Assembly (NCBI GenBank): GCA_039586365.1 | Contig: JBDHKN010000038.1 | Coordinates: forward strand, 1-42,797 | Direction: 5' to 3' | Origin: Gemmatimonadota bacterium | GTDB lineage: Bacteria; Gemmatimonadota; Gemmatimonadetes; Gemmatimonadales; GWC2-71-9 | Length of the DNA: 42,797 nt | Shown here: piece after piece, positions 10,114-18,256 of the stretch | Position numbering within the stretch: the stretch's first letter is position 1 | How the letters are laid out: the number at the start of each line of letters is the position of its first letter | Program-made: the position numbers and the translations under genes | The notes under the pieces: generated by a model | What the model saw: only the letters and a program-made list of their open reading frames with translations | What the model was told of the DNA's origin: nothing | Database searches by the model: none

Positions 10114-11316
10114 CTAGAAGCGTGCGTCCACCATCACGAAGCTCCACGCGGCATTCTCGGTAAGCCGCCCTATGTTGCCCCACCCGTCGGCTGCGAGGAC
10201 GTACGCGAATCCGCCCGAGAGTCCCAGGTTGGGGCTGTAGCCATAGGATGCAGTCAGGTCTATCTCCTCACCGAAGTGTCCCGTGCTCAGGCCTGCGTTC
10301 CGTGCCGCATGAAAGGAGTGGACCTCGGCACGGAACGTGACATCCGAGGCCGCCACGAAGGAGCCCTTTACGGCGATGTCTTGCAGTCCACGACCGGCCG
10401 TGTGCAGTGGGATGTTCGTGAAGTGGTCGGCCAGGCCGTAGAACTTGTGGTTGGTGGCAAAGAGCGTGTCGAAGACTTTGATCTTGTCATCCGTGGCATC
10501 GTCGTCGCCCGATAGGTAGTCGTACCAGAGTGTCACATCCGCCGTCCCTCGGGCAAGTGCGGTGCCGACACGGGCACCAAACATGAACGCACTCACGTCG
10601 ACCGCTTCCCTCTCTCCCGTTTGGTAGGAGGCCTCCAGACGGAACTGGATCGAGTTCTTGGTTCCCCACCAGCGGGCACCGACGGTGACCTGGTCGGTAT
10701 TCGCTATGTCGGAAACCCGATTGTAGAGCCCGTAGAAGTCGAGAGTGCCAGGACCGGCCTGGTGTAGTTGACCGTATGCAGCGAGGACGTACTGGTCGTT
10801 GTCGTGGGTTGCAGCAATGTCGTCGGCCAACACCGCTCCGAGCACATCGAGCCTGAACGTGCTTCCCTCCGCAATCAACTTCAGCGCGTCGAACGAACGC
10901 CCCTGTTGGCTCCAGTTCACGGCTCCAACCAGACGCTGGCCGCCGAAGCTCACCTCCTGGCGTCCGGCGCGAGCTGCCAGCTCCGTGGGACCATCGCTCC
11001 GAACGTCGACATAGGCCTGGTGCAGGTCGAGGTTGTCGGCACTGAAGTCGCCCAGAGTGTTCGCTTCCTCACCCCATATTCGTACGTCCTGAAATTGAAT
11101 GAACACGCTCACATTGCGCTCGAGTCCGGCGGTGAGATGTCCCCTCGTCCGCATCGAGATCCAGGATTGGTGCTCACCGCCACTCACCAATATCGGGTTG
11201 CGGTATTCGAAGCGGGGTCGCACCTGCCCACCGAAGGTCAACTCCTGACCGGCAGCCGGCGAGTGAATCAGCAGCAGGCCAGCCAACGCGAGTGAAAGAC
11301 GGCGAACGGTCCTCAT
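10114..11316 (-). CDS. Alginate-export-family outer-membrane beta-barrel porin
   Basis: Signal peptide from MRTVRR with AGGAG RBS; GGQVRPRFE, LHQAYV, GRQEVSFGGQRLVG, RSFDA, FDTLFATNHKFYG; terminal Phe. Confidence 0.85.
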   Translation of the reverse strand: MRTVRRLSLALAGLLLIHSPAAGQELTFGGQVRPRFEYRNPILVSGGEHQSWISMRTRGHLTAGLERNVSVFIQFQDVRIWGEEANTLGDFSADNLDLHQAYVDVRSDGPTELAARAGRQEVSFGGQRLVGAVNWSQQGRSFDALKLIAEGSTFRLDVLGAVLADDIAATHDNDQYVLAAYGQLHQAGPGTLDFYGLYNRVSDIANTDQVTVGARWWGTKNSIQFRLEASYQTGEREAVDVSAFMFGARVGTALARGTADVTLWYDYLSGDDDATDDKIKVFDTLFATNHKFYGLADHFTNIPLHTAGRGLQDIAVKGSFVAASDVTFRAEVHSFHAARNAGLSTGHFGEEIDLTASYGYSPNLGLSGGFAYVLAADGWGNIGRLTENAAWSFVMVDARF

Positions 11317-11336
11317 GACACACTCCTGTTTCATGC

Positions 11337-12398
11337 CTAGATCCGCGCGACGCCGAGGAACACGGCGTGGAGCGAGACCACCATTACCAAGAATACCGTC
11401 CGGGCCACGCGCGGCGACAGCCCGAGCAACCTGTACTCGATGGATTTGCCGCGGCACGCAGATATGCAGTCGCCACATAAGGTGCAGCTCAAACCGGGTC
11501 GGCGTGCCTCGATGTGTTCGGGTCGCAGAGCTCCGTACCGGCACTTGATCGTGCAGGCCCCGCAATCCGTGCACGTATCCTGACTGATCCGCAAGCGAAA
11601 TGGTGCGAGCTTGCCCAGTAGGTTTGCCACCAACCCGATAGGGCAATACATGGCGCAATGGACCATCGTCCCCATGCGGCGCGAGACGAGAACCATGATG
11701 CCCACGCCAATCAGGCCGACAGTGAGACCGGCGGCAGTCGCCGCTGTGCTCGCCACGCCCAGTAACCGCAGTCCCAAGGCTGCGGCCACGATCGCGCCCA
11801 GGATGCCGAGCCGGAACCAATTGCGCCAGCCTGGTAACTGTGTAGGGCGTTTGCGGTCGACAGCAGCGTTCAAATCCCACGAACCTATGTAGCAGAGGTA
11901 GCTGCACCACGCGGGTCCGACCAGGAGCACGGTGACAGTGAACAGGATGGGCATGAACAATCCCTCACCCCGGTACAGTGGCCCTGCCACGATCATGGCG
12001 GGAATGGGCAAATGCAACTTGCCGCTCATCAGGAACCGCTCGACGCCCGTCAAGCCGAGCGCGAGCTGCGCGAAGAACACCAAGGAGAACAGCGTCCACA
12101 GGCGGCGGCGCCACAGGGCCGTGTTGCGGGGATCGTACAGCATGCCGACCAGCCAAGCTGCGTAGGCGGCGAGCAGAATCAACTCGATCCAGCCGGCACC
12201 TGGCACATACCGCTCGGCCATCAGCATTGGACGAGCGACCAAAGTCTGTACCAGCGCGAGCAAAGCGAAGCTCAGAGCGAACGCCGCGACCCGCGGAGCT
12301 ACGCCGGACGGTTCCTGTTTCCGCACACGGATTGGTGGCTTAGCTCTATGAGTGCTCCGCTCAGATGCGACCTGCTCCAGGAGTTGCTGCCCCATCAT
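11337..12398 (-). CDS. Membrane 4Fe-4S polyferredoxin (NapH/YccM-like)
   Basis: Several TM helices; WCSYLCYIG, HCAMYCPIG, CTDCGACTIKC, CTLCGDCISAC. Confidence 0.85.
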   Translation of the reverse strand: MMGQQLLEQVASERSTHRAKPPIRVRKQEPSGVAPRVAAFALSFALLALVQTLVARPMLMAERYVPGAGWIELILLAAYAAWLVGMLYDPRNTALWRRRLWTLFSLVFFAQLALGLTGVERFLMSGKLHLPIPAMIVAGPLYRGEGLFMPILFTVTVLLVGPAWCSYLCYIGSWDLNAAVDRKRPTQLPGWRNWFRLGILGAIVAAALGLRLLGVASTAATAAGLTVGLIGVGIMVLVSRRMGTMVHCAMYCPIGLVANLLGKLAPFRLRISQDTCTDCGACTIKCRYGALRPEHIEARRPGLSCTLCGDCISACRGKSIEYRLLGLSPRVARTVFLVMVVSLHAVFLGVARI

Positions 12399-12408
12399 GT
12401 CCCCGCGC

Positions 12409-12936
12409 CTATGGATGTGAACGGTGGCGGAAGTAAGTGCGGAACTCGCCTGGTCCAACGGTCACGCAATGAGCTTCGCAACCCTGCTTCTGAATGAGAT
12501 CGATGAGGGGTGTCGGGACGAAAGGCGTGATGAGTTCGTAGACTTCGCCAGGAGCCAGCTCAGCGACACCTTGCAGCACTCGGTCGAGCGGGTGACCGCC
12601 ACTCTCAATGATCTGGCGTGCGTCCAAGGTGCGATCCGCGGCTCCGGCATCAGCCCAGTCAGGTCGGCCGCCCGTTGCGTCAGCGACGTCCGTCGCATCG
12701 AAACCGGCCGCATCCCTCAGCCTGGCGATCACCGTCCCGAGCGACAGTTTGTCGGCCCGAGCGAGCTGGGCGAGCGTCATGTTCCGAGCTGCCGCCTGCC
12801 TCAGCTGCGGTGTCTGCAGCGCTCCAAAGGACGGAGAGAGCTCCGCCAGCACGGTCTCCAGATCCGGATAGTTCGCGACCAGCACTCCGACCTTTGTGTC
12901 GGGCGTGATCTGTGTGGTGTCCTTTTCAGTGCACAT
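12409..12936 (-). CDS. DUF1858 + DUF2249 domain protein
   Basis: ITPDTKVGVLVANYPDL N-terminal domain; LDAR...HPL...ITPFVPTPLI C-terminal domain; overlaps the stop of the upstream gene. Confidence 0.75.
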   Translation of the reverse strand: MCTEKDTTQITPDTKVGVLVANYPDLETVLAELSPSFGALQTPQLRQAAARNMTLAQLARADKLSLGTVIARLRDAAGFDATDVADATGGRPDWADAGAADRTLDARQIIESGGHPLDRVLQGVAELAPGEVYELITPFVPTPLIDLIQKQGCEAHCVTVGPGEFRTYFRHRSHP

Positions 12937-14182
12937 CGTTCTGACTCCCCGTGACATACGAGAGCAGACGATGCTCACCCTCGAGCGCCCGTTTCTCAGT
13001 TAGGTCTTGACTCACCTCGAGACATCCCAGGTACCGACCGTCTGTGTCCCGTAGAGCGAAGTACTCGATGCTGATGAATCGTCCCCGTAACGTGATCCAG
13101 AACTGTGCGTGGTTCTGGCGGGCGGCACGAAAGTCGTCGAGGATCCGCTGCACTACGTCGACGCTCTTGGGTGGATGGCAATACTGGACCTTACGACCGA
13201 GTATCGCGCGACTGCGGGAAAAGATCCGCTCGCGTCCCTGGGTGAAGTAGCGAACGGTGTCGTCGTCATCGACGAATGTGAGGTCGAACGGGATCGTATT
13301 GAGTACGGTCTGCAGTTCCACCGGTGTGAAGCTCCCCGATGGTAAGTGGATTCTCTCTGCGCCGCCCTGCGAGTCCGCTAGTTCGGTTGGCAGCACCTCC
13401 GGCTGCCAGGTATCGGTAGGGTCGTACAGGCAGTAGCCGTACTCCCCGCTCTGCCGTCCTATCTCGAACCACTCGGCATCGCTCAGTGTGTCGAGGCACA
13501 TGGGCAAGAGAATCTGCTCTTCCTTTTCGATCATCTCGGCAACTGCCGTCGTGGCCGGCCGTAGAACCAGCTGAATAAGGCCTCTGGCTTCGCGTGCGGT
13601 GACAGTTGGAGTGCTGTGGAGAGTCTCTTGTGCCGCTAGCAGCAGCGACCGGGTCTCGTCATGTTTGCCCCACATGACCTTTGGTGGACCGGTGATGTCG
13701 TGTCGCTCGAGGTAGGGGAACAGGAGGTGCTCCTTGCGCAGGTAGTGTTTCTCAACGTCCATCAAGTTGTTGAAGCGGACCTGCATGTCGCTCAGCTGCG
13801 TCGTCACGTCCGCCTCATCGGGGCGGGCGCGAACTTCGGCAAACAGTTTGTCGAGCGCCTCAGTTTCCCACGCGAGAGCGTTGTTCTCCTTGTGGAAAGT
13901 GTGGGCTGGATGGCCTGGTGGTGGTGTCTTCGCGCCGGCCTGGTCGATGGCACCGCGCAGAGCAGCGGTGTGCAGGTCGCACAGCTTCATCACCTCCTCC
14001 GCCGGCAATCCCTCGTCGATCAGTCGCTGCTCTACCTCCACTACTTCGTTGTACGGTACTTGGCCGAGCAAGCCCACTAGCTGTGTGCGCACCTGTTCGG
14101 GTGCCTCACCCCGGTGCAGCTGCATTATCATGTGCTTGAGGAGCTCCTTGCGGCGCTCCGCGTTTCCTATGAGTTCACTCAT
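12926..14182 (-). CDS. DUF438 / hemerythrin / PAS domain protein
   Basis: VEQRLIDEG..EVMKLCDLH, GHPAHTFHKEN, HYLRKEHLLFP, VMWGKHDE, DLTFVDDDD, GRKVQYCHPPKS. Confidence 0.88.
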   Translation of the reverse strand: MSELIGNAERRKELLKHMIMQLHRGEAPEQVRTQLVGLLGQVPYNEVVEVEQRLIDEGLPAEEVMKLCDLHTAALRGAIDQAGAKTPPPGHPAHTFHKENNALAWETEALDKLFAEVRARPDEADVTTQLSDMQVRFNNLMDVEKHYLRKEHLLFPYLERHDITGPPKVMWGKHDETRSLLLAAQETLHSTPTVTAREARGLIQLVLRPATTAVAEMIEKEEQILLPMCLDTLSDAEWFEIGRQSGEYGYCLYDPTDTWQPEVLPTELADSQGGAERIHLPSGSFTPVELQTVLNTIPFDLTFVDDDDTVRYFTQGRERIFSRSRAILGRKVQYCHPPKSVDVVQRILDDFRAARQNHAQFWITLRGRFISIEYFALRDTDGRYLGCLEVSQDLTEKRALEGEHRLLSYVTGSQNDVH

Positions 14183-14206
14183 GGCGTTTGTCTCGAGTTG
14201 TTGAGT

Positions 14207-14605
14207 TCAACGTGCCTTCACGTCGGCCACAGTAGTGTTGCGGAAGAACTCGTCGATTCGTTCCGCTACCTGCCCCCACCGTTCGTGAGTGGCACAGGGA
14301 TCGTGGTCGCTGCACTTGGCGCGCCCCATGAGGCACTTGCGTTCCTCGCCGAGTTTGTCGAACTGCGCAACAACTGAGAGGAGCGGCAGTTGGTCTGCCG
14401 CCGCTGCGAGTTGGAACCCACCCCGTTTGCCTCTGGCTGACTTGAGAATCCCGGCCCGCGCCAACTCGTGCAGGATCTTTCCCATGTAGTTGGCTGGAAC
14501 GTCCACCGCCCGTGCCAACTCGACGGCACGGACTGGCGTTTCGGCCCCGCAACCAGCGAGGTACACGACTGCTCGGAGCGCGTACTCTGCAGTGCCGGAT
14601 AGCAT
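14207..14605 (-). CDS. Rrf2-family Fe-S transcriptional regulator
   Basis: AEYALRAVVYLA, SARGKRGGFQL, C-x5-C-x5-C-x2-H cluster ligands; GGGGAG RBS. Confidence 0.92.
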   Translation of the reverse strand: MLSGTAEYALRAVVYLAGCGAETPVRAVELARAVDVPANYMGKILHELARAGILKSARGKRGGFQLAAAADQLPLLSVVAQFDKLGEERKCLMGRAKCSDHDPCATHERWGQVAERIDEFFRNTTVADVKAR

Positions 14606-14648
14606 CGGATCAATCTCCCCAGGCTGCCCCTTGCACAAAGTGAGGCTG

Positions 14649-14687
14649 TCAATATATTGATGATAAACGCATGGTAATATGATGTTA
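14649..14687. promoter_or_regulatory. AT-rich divergent control region with palindrome TCAATATATTGA
   Basis: Perfect 12-bp palindrome at 14649-14660 and imperfect TAATATGATGTTA at 14675-14687, between the rrf2 operon and the Rieske operon. Confidence 0.5.
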
Positions 14688-14859
14688 TGTCGGTCGCAAG
14701 TGAGACGAGGAGGGCGCGAGCGAGGAAGATCGTAACGCTGGCGGGCGGTGTGATGGTGAGGTGGCTTGGTTCCAGATGCCCAGGTGACATGGGTAACGAC
14801 CGCGCCGGACGCTTTGGCGTCCTTGCATCAAACGGAACAGTGAGTAGGATATCCGCATT

Positions 14860-15483
14860 ATGACCGGCACGCTCAGACCTGACGATCAGCAGGGTAGTGA
14901 CCGTCGCAAGTTCCTTGGCAACGCCTCTCGCTTTGCGATGGTAGCTGGCTTGGCAGGCGGTTACGGGGGATTCACGGCGATTGCCCTGCGGTATCTCTAC
15001 CCGTCGAGTACCGACGACCGCGTGTGGCAGTTCGTGACTGCGGTCGCTCAGGTCAAGGTCGGAGAAGCAATCAGCTACCGCGGGCCGTCGGGCGAGACAA
15101 TCAACATCACCCGGCAGAACCGCAACGGTGATTCGGACGATTTCATTGCACTATCCAGCACCTGCCCCCACTTGGGCTGCCAGGTGCGTTGGGAGACACA
15201 GAACAATCGCTTCTTCTGCCCCTGTCACAATGGGGTGTTCGATCCCTCCGGTGTGGCGACGGGGGGACCTCCGGGAGAAGCAGGACAGTCGTTGTCTCGC
15301 TACCCGCTCAAGGTGGAAGGTGGGCTGCTCCATATAGCTGTGCCGCCACCTCGTTTCGCGGTGGCGGATGATCAGGGTGACAGCGTTACTGCTGAGGACG
15401 AGATCAGTGGCCCGGGCCACGATCCCTGTCTCCAGTGCGGACCACGGCGACATCGCGGAGACGCCGGGGTGCGGGAAGTCTGA
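14860..15483 (+). CDS. Rieske 2Fe-2S subunit of a Rieske/cytochrome b complex
   Basis: DRRKFL Tat anchor; CPHLGC and CPCHNGVFD boxes; GGPP. Confidence 0.93.
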   Translation: MTGTLRPDDQQGSDRRKFLGNASRFAMVAGLAGGYGGFTAIALRYLYPSSTDDRVWQFVTAVAQVKVGEAISYRGPSGETINITRQNRNGDSDDFIALSSTCPHLGCQVRWETQNNRFFCPCHNGVFDPSGVATGGPPGEAGQSLSRYPLKVEGGLLHIAVPPPRFAVADDQGDSVTAEDEISGPGHDPCLQCGPRRHRGDAGVREV

Positions 15484-15484
15484 G

Positions 15485-16534
15485 TTGGATCTCGTGCGGA
15501 ACTGGGTGGGTGAACGCCTGCCGGTCTCGGGAAGGCAGTTCAAGGAACTCACCAACGAACCGGTCCCGTATCATCTCAAACGCTGGTGGTTCGCGCTCGG
15601 TGGCACGCCCGCCTACCTGTTCATAGTCCAGATCTTCACCGGTATCCTACTGGCGTTCTACTACGAGCCTTCACCGGCAACGGCCTATCAGTCGGTGGAG
15701 TTCATTACACGAGAAGTTGCCTTCGGCTGGTTCATTCGCAGCGTCCATAAGTGGGCGGCGACCCTCATGATCGCGGCAGTAATCCTGCACCAGATTCGGG
15801 TCTTCTTCACCGGCGCGTACCGCAGGCCCCGCGAGATCAACTGGTTTGTGGGCATGTGCCTCCTGCTCACCACGCTGCTCACCGGGTTCACGGGCTACAG
15901 CCTCGTGTTCGAGCAACTGAGCTTCTGGGGTGCAACAGTTGGTGCGAACATCGCGGACACGACGCCGCTGGTCGGTGGCTTCCTGAAGAACATGATGCTG
16001 GCCGGCCCCAGCTACAATCAGGCCACACTCTCCAGGTTCTTCATACTGCATGCGGCGGTGCTGCCAGTCACGATCGTCCTTTTGATAGCGGCACACATAA
16101 CGATCATCCGGCTACAGGGTGTGACCGAGTTCCAGTTCAAGTCCGAAGAGGGTGGAGCGCCCAAGACATTCAACTTCTTCCCGGACCATTTGTATACCGA
16201 GCTGATCATCGGCCTGCTCTTGATGATTCTGCTGAGCGCATTGGCGACGATCTTCCCGGCCACGATGGGTCCGCAGGCCGACCCGCTCCAGACGCCAGAG
16301 GTTATCAAGCCGGAATGGTTCTTCTACGTGGCATTTCGCTGGCTCAAGCTGTTCGGCGGCACGGTGGCTGTGCTGAGCATGGGCTTCATCATCTTCACGA
16401 TGTTTGCCTGGCCCCTGATAGATGGTTGGATTCGTAGGCACACGAAGTTCCAGGAAGCCAGTGTATGGGTGGGGGTGTTTGGTGCCCTCGCGGTCATCAG
16501 CCTGACCGTGTGGGAGGCAGTGGCAAGGCACTAG
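15485..16534 (+). CDS. Cytochrome b (b6 and subunit IV regions in one chain)
   Basis: RSVHKW..ILHQIRVF, AYRRPRE, GFTGYSL, FFILHAA..AAHI, IKPEWFFY; TTG start inferred just after the Rieske stop. Confidence 0.93.
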   Translation: MDLVRNWVGERLPVSGRQFKELTNEPVPYHLKRWWFALGGTPAYLFIVQIFTGILLAFYYEPSPATAYQSVEFITREVAFGWFIRSVHKWAATLMIAAVILHQIRVFFTGAYRRPREINWFVGMCLLLTTLLTGFTGYSLVFEQLSFWGATVGANIADTTPLVGGFLKNMMLAGPSYNQATLSRFFILHAAVLPVTIVLLIAAHITIIRLQGVTEFQFKSEEGGAPKTFNFFPDHLYTELIIGLLLMILLSALATIFPATMGPQADPLQTPEVIKPEWFFYVAFRWLKLFGGTVAVLSMGFIIFTMFAWPLIDGWIRRHTKFQEASVWVGVFGALAVISLTVWEAVARH

Positions 16535-16543
16535 GGGATACAC

Positions 16544-18184
16544 ATGACTCTCGAGACAAAACGCATCGTGATAGCCGCCCTCGGCGGCCTGTTCCTTATC
16601 TCACTCGTCTTCGTGCAGTGGATGGAGACTGCGCGCAAGGCGGAGGAGGCCGGACTGCGGGAACCGCACATCTCGGTTCCTGCCGCGTCACGCGAGTGCT
16701 TCGACTGCCACGCGGAAGAGAACCCAGGGATCATCGCCCACTGGACCGGTAGTACCCATGCGGAGAGAGGTGTCGGTTGTTACGACTGCCACGAGGCGGA
16801 ACGGGAAGAAGCCGACTCGTACCTGCACCACGGTGTTGTGATCGCGACTATCGTGACGCCGCGAGACTGCGCGCGCTGTCATCCGGCGGAAGCGGAGGAG
16901 TTTGCTCAGAGCCACCATGCCGCGGGCGGCAACATTCTTGCGTCGCTGGACAACTTCTTGGCCGAGACAGTCGAGGGGGCGCGGATGGAGTTCGACCCCC
17001 ATTCGCCGACGCCAGGCAAAACTGTACAGTTGGTCAATGGATTTGCCAGTGCCAACTCCGGCTGCCAGCAGTGCCACGGTGCCAAGGTGGCGCTCGCAGC
17101 CACGGGCGGTGGCGTGATAACGGTCGACGATCTGGAACCGGACGAGACCGGCCGCCCCACGAACCTGGATGCGGTCGGCAGGATCGCTCGCGACGAAAAT
17201 GGCCGGCCACTCATCAACGCTCGTACCTGGCCGAACACCGGCATTGGTCGTCTCAATCTGGATGGCTCGCGCGGATCGTGCACCGCATGCCACAGCCGCC
17301 ATGACTTCTCTCCGCGACGTGCGCGGCAACCGGAAAACTGCGGCAAGTGTCATCTAGGTCCCGATCACCCGCAGAAAGAGATCTACGAGGAATCAAAGCA
17401 TGGCATCGCCTATCGTGATCTCAAGGATGACATGAACCTGGATGCCGCAGACTGGATTCTCGGCGAGGACTATGCCGCTGCGCCCACCTGCGCAACGTGT
17501 CACATGTCGGGCAACTTGAGGAACGGTGGACGCATCACGCACGACCCCGGTGTGCGTATCTCGTGGACCAATCGACCGGCGGTGAGCCTGGTAATGGACA
17601 CCGACATCAACCATGGCATAGTGACTGAGTCTGACCCGGAACAACGCCGCATGCTGATTCACGACACGGCTGAGCAAAAGCGGGATCGAATGAAGGACGT
17701 CTGCTCTCACTGCCACACCGTGGACTACGTCAATTCGTTCTATGAGCAGTACGATGCGCTCGTTGTCCTGTACAACGAGAAGTTCGCCAAGCCCGGGCTC
17801 GAAATCATGGCCGCGGTCCAAGATGCGGGTCTCCGGACCCCGACGCAGTTTGATGAGGAGATCGAGTGGTCCTGGTTCTATCTCTGGCATCACGAGGGGC
17901 GCCGGGCCCGGCATGGGGCTTCGATGATGGCGCCGGATTACACCCACTGGCACGGCATGTATGAGGTCGCCGAGCGTTTCTACATGGAGCTGATTCCGCA
18001 GGCAAGGGAACTCGCCGACCGCGCCGCGCAGGCGGGTAGAGTATCAGCGGCCCGTGCCGTGAACCGAGCGATCGATGAAGTCCTCTCACGGCCTGAGCAC
18101 ATCTGGTTCGAGGAGGGGGCTGAAGCCCAGGCGGAAGCGATCCGGCGAGAGATGGAACGCAGGTACGGACCGCCGTCTCGCTGA
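16544..18184 (+). CDS. HAO-family octaheme cytochrome c with N-terminal membrane anchor
   Basis: Eight CxxCH motifs (CFDCH, CYDCH, CARCH, CQQCH, CTACH, CGKCH, CATCH, CSHCH); GPDHPQKEIYEESKHG; APTCATCHM; MMAPDYTHWHG. Confidence 0.92.
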   Translation: MTLETKRIVIAALGGLFLISLVFVQWMETARKAEEAGLREPHISVPAASRECFDCHAEENPGIIAHWTGSTHAERGVGCYDCHEAEREEADSYLHHGVVIATIVTPRDCARCHPAEAEEFAQSHHAAGGNILASLDNFLAETVEGARMEFDPHSPTPGKTVQLVNGFASANSGCQQCHGAKVALAATGGGVITVDDLEPDETGRPTNLDAVGRIARDENGRPLINARTWPNTGIGRLNLDGSRGSCTACHSRHDFSPRRARQPENCGKCHLGPDHPQKEIYEESKHGIAYRDLKDDMNLDAADWILGEDYAAAPTCATCHMSGNLRNGGRITHDPGVRISWTNRPAVSLVMDTDINHGIVTESDPEQRRMLIHDTAEQKRDRMKDVCSHCHTVDYVNSFYEQYDALVVLYNEKFAKPGLEIMAAVQDAGLRTPTQFDEEIEWSWFYLWHHEGRRARHGASMMAPDYTHWHGMYEVAERFYMELIPQARELADRAAQAGRVSAARAVNRAIDEVLSRPEHIWFEEGAEAQAEAIRREMERRYGPPSR

Positions 18185-18256
18185 GAATGCTCTTGGGCGA
18201 GATGGTGGTGAAGTTCGGGGCAAAGACATGCAAAGAATGGTGAAGAGCGAGTCGTC

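Noticed and set aside
11317..11910. 598-aa version of the porin ORF
   Set aside because: The extension overlaps the polyferredoxin gene in another frame; RBS and signal peptide place the start at 11316
14647..14670. FNR/DNR box
   Set aside because: Half-sites are in the reverse order (TCAA-TATA-TTGA) relative to TTGAT-N4-ATCAA
16544..18184. Evidence for ammonia oxidation or anammox
   Set aside because: No amo, cycA/cycB or hzs in the window; cross-link Tyr apparently absent; context is reductive (napAB)
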